From assembly GCA_963706955.1 (NCBI GenBank), contig CAVPOC010000009.1:1-64000 (forward strand): 64,000 nucleotides of DNA, written 5' to 3'. The position numbers were made by a program, and so were the translations under genes. This stretch comes from an uncultured Verrucomicrobiae bacterium (GTDB taxonomy: Bacteria > Verrucomicrobiota > Verrucomicrobiia > Chthoniobacterales > Terrimicrobiaceae). Numbering within the stretch: the first letter of the stretch is position 1; each line of letters starts with the position of its first letter. The notes under the pieces are model-generated. The model saw only the letters and a program-made list of their open reading frames with translations, was not told the DNA's origin and did not search any database. Positions 37,688 through 48,000 of this stretch are shown piece after piece.

Positions 37688-38163
37688 GGCAATGATGGTT
37701 GAGCTTTTTTACGTTTCGTATCCAGAAAGGAGGCAACAATGAATAGTCCTGCGGCAATACAGATGCACGAATCAGCCACATTGAACGCAGGCCACCTTCC
37801 ATATACGGGCAGAATGAAATCGAGAAAATCGATGACGTGACCGTGGATGATGCGATCTGTGAGGTTGCCGGAGATTCCTGCCACCAGCAGGGCGGCTGCC
37901 CAGCGCGAAGGTTCGTCGAAGAAGACATTCTTCCATCCGAGAATTCCCAAGATGACCAGCGCGACGCAAGAGAGGGCAATAAAGAACAGGTTGTTGTCCC
38001 TTAGCATTCCAAAGGCGGCACCGGTGTTATGGACTTGCACGAGATTGAAAAATCCCGGGATGACTGGGACGATCTCGTCGGTGGAAATCTTCGCGAGGAC
38101 GAGCGCCTTCGTGACTTGGTCGAGAACGTAGAGAGGCAGCGAGACGGAACGCCAGAGCTTCAT
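37684..38163 (-). CDS. lspA: Lipoprotein signal peptidase
   Basis: LDQVTK, NTGAAFG, GNLTDR, VIDF, WPAFNVAD; follows ileS. Confidence 0.95.
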   Translation of the reverse strand: MKLWRSVSLPLYVLDQVTKALVLAKISTDEIVPVIPGFFNLVQVHNTGAAFGMLRDNNLFFIALSCVALVILGILGWKNVFFDEPSRWAAALLVAGISGNLTDRIIHGHVIDFLDFILPVYGRWPAFNVADSCICIAAGLFIVASFLDTKRKKAQPSLP

Positions 38164-38206
38164 TGTCGCATGCTTCTCGAGGGGGCCCTGGAGTCGAGAG
38201 TGCTGC

Positions 38207-40976
38207 TCAACCTGCTTGGATGGCAGCTTCGGTGACGGCATCGGCACAGCGCACGCAAAGCGTGGGGTGAGCCGGATTGCCACCCACGTCCTCGCGAAAC
38301 CTCCAGCATCTGTCGCAGCGGGGGTTCGGCGTTCGTGATACTTCGATCGAAAAGCTTTCAGATTCCTCGAGATCGAGATCGCTGATCACAAAGATCTCAT
38401 CCAACTCCTCGCGATACTCACGGACGACTTCGACTTCATCTTTGGCTGCAACTCGCACGACCACCCTCGCCTCGAGCGTGCCGCCGATTGTTTTGGCTTT
38501 CTGCGCGGCTTCAACGGCTTGCATGATTTTCGCGCGCAGGCCGAGCAGCGTATCAAATTTACGAATCGACTCGAGATCCACCCATTCCGCATCCACTTCC
38601 GGGAAAAGTTGAATATGGACAGACTCCTCAGGACGGAAATATCCCCACGCTTCCTCACTGGTGAAGGCCAATACCGGCGCCAGCAGCCGACAGAGGGCAT
38701 CAAAGACCGTCGCCATGGCAAACTGGGTCGCACGGCGGCGCGGCGAATCGGAAGCGTCGCAATAGAGTCGGTCCTTGGTGATGTCCACGTAAAGACTGCT
38801 CAAATCCACTGCGCAAAACTGGTTTATCGAGTGATAGACGCGGTGAAACTCAAGGCTCTCATAAGCGTCACGGCAGTTGCCGATCAAGGTTTGCAACTTT
38901 GCTAAAACCCATCTGTCGACCAATGTTGTCTGCTCGCGCGGCAGTTCACGGGTGCCGTCGAAATCGTGGAGGTTCGCCAGCAAGATACGCAGCGTATTTC
39001 GAATACGCCGATAAGCGTCCGAGAGGCGGGTAAAGATCTCCTCGGAAAAGGGGACATCGTCGGTAAAGTTCACGCTGCTCACCCATAACCGCAGCAGATC
39101 GGCGCCATACTTGTTAACGTAGTGATCCGCTTCTGAAGGCTTCTGATAAGCGCCCTGAGTGGACTTGGAGATCTTTTTCTTGGTGTCGACGTCGACCACG
39201 AATCCATGCGTCAATACCGAACGGTATGGCGCCACTCCGTTCAGGGCGATGGAAGTCATCAGCGAGCTTTGAAACCAGCCACGATGCTGGTCAGTCGCCT
39301 CGAGGTACAAATCTGCCGGAAATTCGAGCTCTTCGCGCCTCCGCAGAACCGCCTGATGGCTTACTCCGGAGTCGATCCAGACGTCCAGCGTGTCGTTTCG
39401 GCGTGTCCACCGGGACTGTCCATAGCCGATCTCATTGAGGATCTCCGAGTCAGTCAGATCAAACCAGACGTTTGTTCCCCTCACCTCGACCAGATCCGCG
39501 ACACGGCGCGCAAGCTCAGGAGCGAGCGGGTTTTCAAGGATCGGTCGGTTATCTTGATCATAAAAGATTGGAAGCGGCACTCCCCACGATCTCTGGCGCG
39601 AGATGCACCAGTCGGGGCGCGATTCGACGGTCCCGTAAATGCGATTTCGGCCCCAATGCGGCAGCCAGGTTACTTCCTCGATCGCCCGGAGAGCGTCGTG
39701 GCGGAGAAGGTCGACGCGGATGAAAAATTGCTCCACTGCGCGAAAGACCACCGGCGTCTTCGAGCGCCAGCAATGTGGATATGAGTGCCGGTAAACCTGC
39801 TCACCAAGAAGCATGTTCCGCGACCGCAGGTGTTCGACGACCTCCTTGTTTGCATCGAAGACATACTTGCCAGCCCAGATAGGCACGCCCACCTCTTCGG
39901 TGAAGCGTCCATGGTCATCCACGGGCGAGAGAATGGGCAAACCGTTTTCAACGCCGGCAACATAGTCGTCCGCTCCGTGGCCGGGCGCAATGTGGACCTG
40001 GCCGGTGCCGGCGTCGAGGGTGACGAAATTTGCCAGGATTACCCGCGATCGTCGATCGAGAAAGGGATGCTGTGTCTCGGTGTTTTTCAGCTCGGTCCCG
40101 AAAAAGGATTGCGATACCTGATCATTGGCGAGCTTCCATTTCGTGGCCTGTTCAAAGGCTGGGACGAGCTCCCTTGCGAGGACGAAGAGTTCCTCCTCCC
40201 CGGTCTCTTCATTTCGAAACCGTCGAAGCCAGTAGGTATAATCGGCTTTGATCGCGATGGCGACGTTTGCTGGCAGCGTCCACGGTGTCGTTGTCCAGAT
40301 TACCATGCTCGCCTTTGCTGCGAGCGGGCCGCTGACGATGGGAAACTTGACAAGGATCGCAGGATCTTCGCGCTCGGCATATTCGACCTCTGCCTCAGCG
40401 AGGGCCGTTTGGGCGCCGGTACTCCAGTAGACCGGCTTCTTCGATTGATAGACGAGTCCTTTCTCCAAGAACCTGGCAAAGCAACGGATGATATCTGCTT
40501 CGGTACTGCGGCGAGAGGGTGAGATAAGGATTCTCCCAATCTCCCAAGACCCCTAAGCGTCGGAATTGCCGCTTCTGAACGTCGACAAATTTTCGCGCGT
40601 AAGCCTCTGACCGCCTCCGGACTTCTGCGGGAGCAAGGCCCTTCGATTCCTTGACCACCTTGAATTCGATCGGTAGCCCATGGCAATCCCATCCTGGAAC
40701 GTAGGGAGCCCGGTAGCCAGCCATGGTGCGCGACTTCACAACGAAGTCTTTTAAGATCTTGTTCAGGGCAGTGCCCATATGCACGTCGCCGTTGGCGAAG
40801 GGCGGCCCGTCGTGAAGAATATATGCTCTCGCCGCCTCCTTCCGCTCTTCCTGGATGCGTTCGTAGAGCTTCTCACGCTCCCATCGGGCGAGAATTTCCG
40901 GCTCTCGTGCTGTCAATCCCGCTTTCATTGGAAACTCCGTCTTGGGAAGGTTTAGTGTGTCCTTGTAACTGCTCAT
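38207..40976 (-). CDS. ileS: Isoleucyl-tRNA synthetase (type 1), one apparent +1 frameshift
   Basis: [36 protein letters not shown]-terminal CDRC...CVRC. Removing one base at 40502-40503 restores YEADIIRCF and gives about 922 aa. Confidence 0.95.
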
Positions 40977-41123
40977 CGCGAACAACAACCCTTAGCAGTG
41001 CCTCTCCCCATGGTCAAACCTGCCGCTCTGATCGGTTTCTCCGCAACGCTGAACTCTTCTCTGCACAGAAATAATGAGATTTCGTTATTCCGGCGCAAGA
41101 GCGATGATGCCGTGTGATTTGCC

Positions 41124-42581
41124 ATGAGGTGCTTTCACGGTTCATGCACGGCGGTAGTTATGTTTGTATTGGCCGCGCCGTGCCTTTTCGCTGAAAGCCA
41201 CTCCGCCGCCGATAGTGCAAATCAAAAGGCAGAGCCTCACCAGAAGTTGAGCGGTAATGGCTTTGACTACGCCGAAGTTCTCCAAAAGGCTCTCTTCTTT
41301 TTTGACGCGCAACGCTCGGGGGACCTGCCGAACGGCTTTCGCGTTGCCTGGCGTGGCGACTCGGCCCTCGATGACGGCAAAGATGCGGGTATTGATCTCA
41401 CGGGCGGATATTACGATGCGGGAGATCACATGAAGTTCGCCCTTCCGCTGGCCAGTACGCTCACTCTGCTGGCCTGGAGTGGCATCGAATATCGCGGAGG
41501 ATATGAGCGCGCGAGTCAATGGTCCCAACTACTGGATACGATTCGCTGGGGCGCCGACTGGATCCTGAAGGCTCATGCGGCAAAGGACGTGTTTTATGCG
41601 CAGGTAGGGGATCCCCGGTCGGATCACTCGTTCTGGGGGCCACCCGAATCCATGAAGATGAACCGTCCGACATTCAAGATTGACGCGGAGAATCCGGGCT
41701 CGGAGATCGCCGGAGAAGCTGCAGCCGCGCTCGCCGCCGCTGGCATTCTCTTCCGAGCAGAGGATCCATCCTATTCGGAGAATCTTCTCAGCCACGCGAA
41801 AGCGCTATTTCAATTCGCCGATCTTTACCGCGGCAACTACATCGATGCTATTCCTGCTGCGTGGGGTTATTATCATTCGTCCGGTTATCACGACGAATTG
41901 GTTTGGAGCGCGCTCTGGCTTTATAAAGCCACCGGCAACGTCGAATATCTGCGAAAGGCGGAATCGATCTACCGCGAGTATTTCGCGAATGCTTCTATGC
42001 GCTGGACCCATTCCTGGGACGACAAACGCTACGGGGCGGCGATCCTTCTCGCCCAACTGACAAAATCCGAGGTCTACAGAGAGGCGGTTCGGCGCTGGTT
42101 GGATTACTGGACCTCTGGCGATCAAGGAGAGCGTATCGAATACACGCCTGGTGGGTTGGCGTGGCTGGACTCCTGGGCCTCACTGCGCTATGCAGCCACC
42201 ACCGCTTTCCTCGCCTTCGTCTATGCCGACACCGTCGAGGATGTTGGCGGTCGTTATCGCGATTTTGCCCGCCACCAAATCGACTACATATTGGGAGCGA
42301 ACCCCCAGGGGCGCAGCTACGTGGTCGGATTTGGTAACAACCCCCCACGCAACCCACACCATCGCGCTTCCCACGGATCTCTTAAACACACGATCGAAGA
42401 CCCGCCCATTAATCGGCACATTCTCTATGGCGCGCTTGTTGGAGGTCCTACCTCCGCCGATGATTCATCCTATGTCGATGACCGGACGAATTTCCAGGCC
42501 AACGAGGTGGCTTTGGACTACAATGCAGGCTTCACCGGTGCCGTGGCGAGGATGGTCCTGCACATCGGTCCTCTTCAGTGA
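41124..42581 (+). CDS. Secreted glycoside hydrolase family 9 endoglucanase (catalytic domain only)
   Basis: FFDAQRSG, WRGDS, GGYYDAGD, DELVW, SWDDK, PHHR, GALVGGP, NEVALDYNAG; N-terminal signal peptide. Confidence 0.95.
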   Translation: MRCFHGSCTAVVMFVLAAPCLFAESHSAADSANQKAEPHQKLSGNGFDYAEVLQKALFFFDAQRSGDLPNGFRVAWRGDSALDDGKDAGIDLTGGYYDAGDHMKFALPLASTLTLLAWSGIEYRGGYERASQWSQLLDTIRWGADWILKAHAAKDVFYAQVGDPRSDHSFWGPPESMKMNRPTFKIDAENPGSEIAGEAAAALAAAGILFRAEDPSYSENLLSHAKALFQFADLYRGNYIDAIPAAWGYYHSSGYHDELVWSALWLYKATGNVEYLRKAESIYREYFANASMRWTHSWDDKRYGAAILLAQLTKSEVYREAVRRWLDYWTSGDQGERIEYTPGGLAWLDSWASLRYAATTAFLAFVYADTVEDVGGRYRDFARHQIDYILGANPQGRSYVVGFGNNPPRNPHHRASHGSLKHTIEDPPINRHILYGALVGGPTSADDSSYVDDRTNFQANEVALDYNAGFTGAVARMVLHIGPLQ

Positions 42582-44587
42582 CCCTTGCCTGCGACAAGCC
42601 CACGAACTCGAACCGCCTCATCCGATACGAAGGGCGGGTGTGGCGCGATCAGGCGCCACAGAATCCGCATGAGCGGATCGCGATCAGCGACAAAGTGAGC
42701 GGCATTTCGATAAATCGCACCGATCAAGCGCTTGCGACTGGAACCCTCAAAGAAGCGGAACCTCGCCCGGAGCAAACCCGACGATACTTCTTGCGAGAAA
42801 TGCGCAGCAATCCGGCCAACACCTGCAAGGTCGATCAGACAGCTTTGACCATCTAAACCATCGGGTTTGCCCTCTCGAATGCTCAGCGAAATTTGCGAAA
42901 GGCTCACCAAAGTGGCAGTCCCTTGCCAAGTTTTTCCACTCGAATGCACAACGGCGGGCCAATCAACCAAGATCGTCTCCTCGTCGGGTTGACGCGGCCG
43001 CTCGATGCTGGCTTGGACGATTAGCGTCAGCGTGATCAGTTGCCAGGCCGTCCAGAAGAGGAGCGCTACTGCAAAGAACGGGGCGCGATCCGGCGACGAG
43101 CCATTTGTCATTGTGAAAACGATGCCACTGATGATCAATGTGATCAGAAACGCTGCTGGCCCGAGAGTTCGCCAGCAAACCTGCCGGCCCTCGCTTGTCA
43201 CGCTGGAGGTGATCTTCCAGCCAATCTCGCGGCGGGGTGTCGCCAATGTCGCCAGTGCGGTTGGGAGCGCGATGAATGCATTGAAGAGATTGTGTGCCTG
43301 TTTCAGAACCGGGAGAACCACGCCGCGTTGAAACCACCAGTCTGCAGCGCAGATGGTGGCAAAATACGTTATCGGCAGGAGCAAGGCATCCAATGGCGGC
43401 ACTGGTGGAAAGAGGCTGATGGAAAACCATGCGAGAGCTGTAGCGATCGAGTAAAAGACCTGAGCGAGATTCCCGGTGACCCAGTGTGGTGAAAAGAATG
43501 CCCATCGCTGGAATAACGATAACCCGGCGCAGCGGAGCGGTCCTCGCTTGAGGAACAGCATTCGCAGATTTCCATGGCACCATCGCGTCCGCTGCTTGAT
43601 CAGAGCACTTAGATTTGCCGGAGCGACGCCGATCGACAGTGGCTCAGGTAAACAAATTGTCCGCCAGCCGCTCGCAAGTAGAATGACTGAAGTGAAGATG
43701 TCCTCTGTGTCGCATTCCTCAGGAAACCCACCGATACTCTCCAGCGCAGCCCGGCGAATGACAGCGCTCGTCCCGCAGAAGAAGCTCACGCCCCAAGCGT
43801 CGCGGCTGGCTTGGTCGTCATAGTAGAACGCCTGAGCCTCATCCGACATCGCGCGCTCGAGACCCAGATTCCAGCGGAATGGCTCGCAATTAAGATACGA
43901 CTGCGGAGTCTGAACGATGGCGATCTTCGGGTCGGTAAAAAATCCAATCGTCCGGATGAGTATTCCCGGCATCGGGACGAAGTCGGCGTCCAATTGCAGA
44001 ATGAAGGGGGCAGTTGTGTGACGCAATCCGTTGTTTTGATTGCCCGCCTTCTTGCCGCGATTGTCCGCACGTGTGATGTAGCCGATGCCTTCTTGATTGC
44101 AGCGCTCTTTAAGCCAGTGCCTTCGAGTATCATCCAGCACCCAAAGATTCTTATTCGGATAGTCAATGTTCTTCGCTCCTTCGATCGTCTTCTCGAGGAT
44201 CTTCCAATCTTCGCTATAGGTGGTGATCATGATGTCGACCCAGGGAAGAGTGGTCGGGTCCGCTGAACGCAACTCCGCTTCCATGCGATTGGCTTGCGAG
44301 GACCGTTCCGCCTTGCGGCTCTTGATCAGGAGATAAACGCCATGGTCAATACCATTGACCGTCTCCAGAATAAGTAGAAGGACGGAAAGGGCAATGGCGG
44401 CGGGTGCCAACTCGCCGAAGGATAGTACTACGGAATCGAAGCGCCAGATAAGGTATGTGAGCAGAGCGCCGATGCATCCTCCGCTAACGAAGACGCGACA
44501 AATTCCGCGTCGCTCTTTGTTCCCGAAGCACATGCCGGTCACGGCCACACTCGAGACAAGCAGCATGACCGGCAGCCAGATCGTCAT
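42575..44587 (-). CDS. Processive GT2 beta-glucan synthase (BcsA/BgsA/CrdS-like)
   Basis: VLDD, KAGN, LDAD, VQTPQ, FFCGT, TED, QRTRW; N- and C-terminal TM helices; C-terminal PilZ-like region. Confidence 0.92.
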   Translation of the reverse strand: MTIWLPVMLLVSSVAVTGMCFGNKERRGICRVFVSGGCIGALLTYLIWRFDSVVLSFGELAPAAIALSVLLLILETVNGIDHGVYLLIKSRKAERSSQANRMEAELRSADPTTLPWVDIMITTYSEDWKILEKTIEGAKNIDYPNKNLWVLDDTRRHWLKERCNQEGIGYITRADNRGKKAGNQNNGLRHTTAPFILQLDADFVPMPGILIRTIGFFTDPKIAIVQTPQSYLNCEPFRWNLGLERAMSDEAQAFYYDDQASRDAWGVSFFCGTSAVIRRAALESIGGFPEECDTEDIFTSVILLASGWRTICLPEPLSIGVAPANLSALIKQRTRWCHGNLRMLFLKRGPLRCAGLSLFQRWAFFSPHWVTGNLAQVFYSIATALAWFSISLFPPVPPLDALLLPITYFATICAADWWFQRGVVLPVLKQAHNLFNAFIALPTALATLATPRREIGWKITSSVTSEGRQVCWRTLGPAAFLITLIISGIVFTMTNGSSPDRAPFFAVALLFWTAWQLITLTLIVQASIERPRQPDEETILVDWPAVVHSSGKTWQGTATLVSLSQISLSIREGKPDGLDGQSCLIDLAGVGRIAAHFSQEVSSGLLRARFRFFEGSSRKRLIGAIYRNAAHFVADRDPLMRILWRLIAPHPPFVSDEAVRVRGLVAGKGH

Positions 44588-44599
44588 GGCATCTCGACG

Positions 44600-45850
44600 C
44601 TAGTCGAACAAGATTTGCGCCCTTCGCCCGATTTGCGGCGCGGGACCGTACGCGCGCTGCAGATCCGCCGGCTCAATGGCTACCTTCAAGACAAGTTCAT
44701 CCTTGGCGACAGACCACAAGCGGGCGCCGTTAGCTTGAGCCTGATCCGTCGCTCCCGGCCCCTGAACGAAGACGATCGTTCCTCGAAGAAGCGCCGCACT
44801 CCCGGCAAAGCTTACGCGGACCTCTCCTCCTCGTATGAGTTGCTCGTATTTGCCCTCCGGGAAAGTGGCTTCGACATATGTTCGGGAGAGATCGAGGATT
44901 TCCACCAGCGGGTCCCCCTTGATTACCTCGAAGCCGTTGCTGGCAAACAGAGCGCTCACGACCGCGGCAGATTGCGAATGAACAGTGACCTGCCGCAGTT
45001 GCCCGAGTCGGCTCTTCTCCCGTGCGAGGCGCCCGTTGGCTTCCGCGAGTTCCGCGTCGAGAACTTGCGCGCGGGATCGCAGATGCTGTGACAAGATATC
45101 AATCTCGTCCAGGCGTTGTTGGGTGTAAGGGACGTCCCAGACAGCGTCACCCAGAAAGTATCCCTTTTGCGCAGCTTCTTTGTCGATCAGGCTGCGCGAG
45201 GCCACGCGCGCGGCGGTGCGAGATTCGCTCTCGTCCTCGATAAATGCGCGCCGGTATTCCTCGATGCGAACGGGCGTTTCGACTCCTGCGCGCGCCAGGA
45301 CGGCGAAGCGCTGGAGATCCTGATGGCTCGAGTCTGCGATGATCTGAAGCCTGGCGGCACGATCCATCGTTTCGTCGGTCACCTGTTCATACTTGCGAAT
45401 GTTAATTTCGCGGAGATCGTCCAGACGGGTGGCAAGACGCTCGCGAATGGCTGCGATCTCGTTGCGAATCACCTCCTGTGCAGCCATCTCACGCATCAGT
45501 CGCGACACCTTCGTCGAGAGTTCCGCTTCCAAGCGATCATCGAGCCGGTCGTTGGTGATCGTTCCGATCGCTGCACCCACAGCAAGCGGAGTGCCGATAG
45601 TGAGTCCTTCGACGTGAAAGATGCCCTCGATTGGGGCTCGAACGACGTACTTTGGGGCATTCACGACCCCTTCAAGGCTCGCGTTGCGAAAAGCCTTCAA
45701 GTACAAGAAGAGAAATCCGGTTACGACGAAGGCCAGAAGGATCATGACCCGCACGGATTGCCGCACCAAGCTCCGCGCCGGGCCCGACCGCAACGTCGAA
45801 CCCCATCCCTCGCGAAATTCCGAGGTATGGAGCGTGTTGAGTAGTGCCAT
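44600..45850 (-). CDS. HlyD-type membrane fusion protein (BgsB-like)
   Basis: N-terminal TM, VRAPIEG lipoyl half, long coiled coil, V.KGDPL second half, beta-barrel; 12 nt upstream of the synthase. Confidence 0.85.
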   Translation of the reverse strand: MALLNTLHTSEFREGWGSTLRSGPARSLVRQSVRVMILLAFVVTGFLFLYLKAFRNASLEGVVNAPKYVVRAPIEGIFHVEGLTIGTPLAVGAAIGTITNDRLDDRLEAELSTKVSRLMREMAAQEVIRNEIAAIRERLATRLDDLREINIRKYEQVTDETMDRAARLQIIADSSHQDLQRFAVLARAGVETPVRIEEYRRAFIEDESESRTAARVASRSLIDKEAAQKGYFLGDAVWDVPYTQQRLDEIDILSQHLRSRAQVLDAELAEANGRLAREKSRLGQLRQVTVHSQSAAVVSALFASNGFEVIKGDPLVEILDLSRTYVEATFPEGKYEQLIRGGEVRVSFAGSAALLRGTIVFVQGPGATDQAQANGARLWSVAKDELVLKVAIEPADLQRAYGPAPQIGRRAQILFD

Positions 45851-46181
45851 AGGGGCGCTAATGTTCGGAAGCTGCCGCGGAACCGAAGTGGGGTCCTGCT
45901 AACGAATGCGAGTTCAGTGCGAACACTCCTTACCCATCCAGGGTGCCTCGATGCGTTCTTCCTGTCGGTGGCGAGGCTCCTTGCAAATCCTGTGAGCGCC
46001 TGCCTCCCACAATCAGTCCGTTTCGGCTTTTCAACAGAGCGAGGATGCGCTCGGTTACTGCCAACGTCAAGAAATTAACGGACGATATGGGCTCCGGGCG
46101 GCTTTAATACCGTGTAGACGGTTTTTGCACCTCGTGTCCTCGAGCGGCTAAGCTCTTGTCGCGCAATAAGCGCAAAATGCT

Positions 46182-46892
46182 TTAGGAATCCTTCGGCGAA
46201 GGCTTCGCCGGGGCATCTCCCGGCGGGGACAGAGTCTTCCGTGAGCCAGGGGAGGATGCGCGGGTTCCCGTATCCTGCAGTTGCATCACAAAGCCCGACA
46301 GCTTCGTGCCGTTGGGTCTAAAGACTTCGGCGACCTGGCGGACTATAGCAAATGGAACGGAATCGCTCAGCCAGAGCGTCCCTTTTTCGACAGTCGGAGC
46401 TGCTCCGAGCGTCCGGAGCGAATAGGTATAGCGGTCGCAGGTGCGGCCGTCGATTTTTTCGGTCTTCTCGAAAGTTACTGCTCCGCGAAAGTCTTTTTCA
46501 GCCTGTCGAATTTGATGCAGAGTTGCGTCGTCCACCTGCATATCCATTCCGCTGGATGACATCGACATCTTCTCGATAAACTTTCCAAAGCTCAGCCCGT
46601 CGCGCTCAAGATTGAAGTCGCGTGACATGATGTAGGTGTTCTTCGATTTGGAATTCTTGCTCGGTTCGATCGGTGTTGTGACCGTGAGTTCAATCACGAC
46701 CTTACCGTCGACATCCCGTTGTCGCTGATAACGGAATGTGGCCTTGGAGCGGGTGCCCGAAGTAAGGGCGTACTCCGACCATGTACTCGGTCTGGTTGCC
46801 TCGAAGTATGATCTCCGCAACTCGGCAGCCGGCGCCAGTGCCAATGAGCCGAGCAGGGCAACAACCAGTCGCAGAAGAGCACTTCGCTTCAT
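46182..46892 (-). CDS. Exported hypothetical protein
   Basis: Signal peptide from ATG 46892; EKIDGRTCDRY...LWLSDSVPF pattern of beta-rich exported proteins. Confidence 0.7.
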   Translation of the reverse strand: MKRSALLRLVVALLGSLALAPAAELRRSYFEATRPSTWSEYALTSGTRSKATFRYQRQRDVDGKVVIELTVTTPIEPSKNSKSKNTYIMSRDFNLERDGLSFGKFIEKMSMSSSGMDMQVDDATLHQIRQAEKDFRGAVTFEKTEKIDGRTCDRYTYSLRTLGAAPTVEKGTLWLSDSVPFAIVRQVAEVFRPNGTKLSGFVMQLQDTGTRASSPGSRKTLSPPGDAPAKPSPKDS

Positions 46893-46908
46893 TTCCTGAA
46901 CCAGACCA

Positions 46909-47898
46909 TCAATTATCAATAGTCGCTGGTTGAAGACATATATGGTCAAGAGCTAACTCACTCGCCGCGACATCCTCGAGCTCGGTGAGACTTTCCACTC
47001 GCGCCAGTCGGTGACGTAGCCGTGGCGCACCAGGCATGCCGTGGGTATATGCCATCAGCCGGGATCGCATCGCTTTCATGGCGGCCCGTTCATCGCGTCT
47101 CCAGGTAATTTCCTGCCAACAATGGTCGCGCATCAGTTGCCACCTTTCCTCTTGCGTTGGTGCGGTCGGAAGGATCCCCGCTGCCAGCGCAGCTCGAATC
47201 TCAGAAAATATCCACGGAGAGGCCATGGCAGCGCGCCCGATCATCAGGCCCGCAACATCCGCTTCGCTCCTGCGTTTTAAGGCGTCTTGGGCGGTGCCAA
47301 TGTCTCCATTGCCGATGACGGGAACTTTTACCGCTGCGGCAACTGCCGCAATCACCGACCAGTCCGCCCGTCCAGAGTATCCTTGCTCTTTGGTCCTGCC
47401 GTGCACAGCGATGCGGCAGATTCCGCATTGTTCCAGGATCGTCGCTGCCTGGACCGCATTGATCGAGCGGTGATCCCATCCAATACGAATTTTTGCCGTC
47501 ACCGGGACGGGATGAACCGCACAGACCACCGCCTGGGCAATGCGGGCCAGGAGGGGACAATCGCGCAGCAACGCAGATCCACCATTCCTGCAGACCACCT
47601 TGTTCACAGGACATCCAAAATTGAGATCCAAAAAATCGGGCTGCACCCATTCGACGACAGCGCGGGCGGCTTCAGCAAGGTGCTCCGGGTCAGCCCCGAA
47701 TAGCTGAACCCCCAGGGGACGCTCCTCTTCTAGGAACTCGAGATAGCGCCTAGTCCGGGCATTTCGATGCAGGATTCCCTCGGCGGAGACGAATTCCGTG
47801 GTGAGGACATTGGCCCCCCTGGCCTTGCAGATGCGGCGGAAGATGGTGTTGGTCACTCCCGCCATCGGCGCAAGAAACAGTGGAAAGTCGGCGAACAT
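46909..47898 (-). CDS. dusB: tRNA-dihydrouridine synthase
   Basis: LAPMAGVT, QLFG, DLNFGCP, KIRIGW, HGRT, GNGDI, MIGR. Confidence 0.93.
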   Translation of the reverse strand: MFADFPLFLAPMAGVTNTIFRRICKARGANVLTTEFVSAEGILHRNARTRRYLEFLEEERPLGVQLFGADPEHLAEAARAVVEWVQPDFLDLNFGCPVNKVVCRNGGSALLRDCPLLARIAQAVVCAVHPVPVTAKIRIGWDHRSINAVQAATILEQCGICRIAVHGRTKEQGYSGRADWSVIAAVAAAVKVPVIGNGDIGTAQDALKRRSEADVAGLMIGRAAMASPWIFSEIRAALAAGILPTAPTQEERWQLMRDHCWQEITWRRDERAAMKAMRSRLMAYTHGMPGAPRLRHRLARVESLTELEDVAASELALDHICLQPATIDN

Positions 47899-48000
47899 CA
47901 GCCAAGAATCTTTCGGCGCTGGTTCTAGGACCGCAAGGGATTTTTCTTGTTATTGAATCGAGGCTCGACGCCCTCACCGAGCGGCTGCTACGCCAATTCG

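Noticed and set aside
40490..40515. Programmed frameshift in ileS
   Set aside because: No slippery heptamer or obvious stimulator; similar +1 insertions elsewhere point to sequence error.
40977..41123. T-box riboswitch upstream of ileS
   Set aside because: Spacer is short and lacks the GGTGG.ACC T-box and terminator.
45851..46181. c-di-GMP/c-di-AMP riboswitch or LexA box (AGTTC-N5-GAACA) upstream of the glucan operon
   Set aside because: Riboswitch core motifs not found by eye; the palindrome has the wrong spacer and a mismatch.
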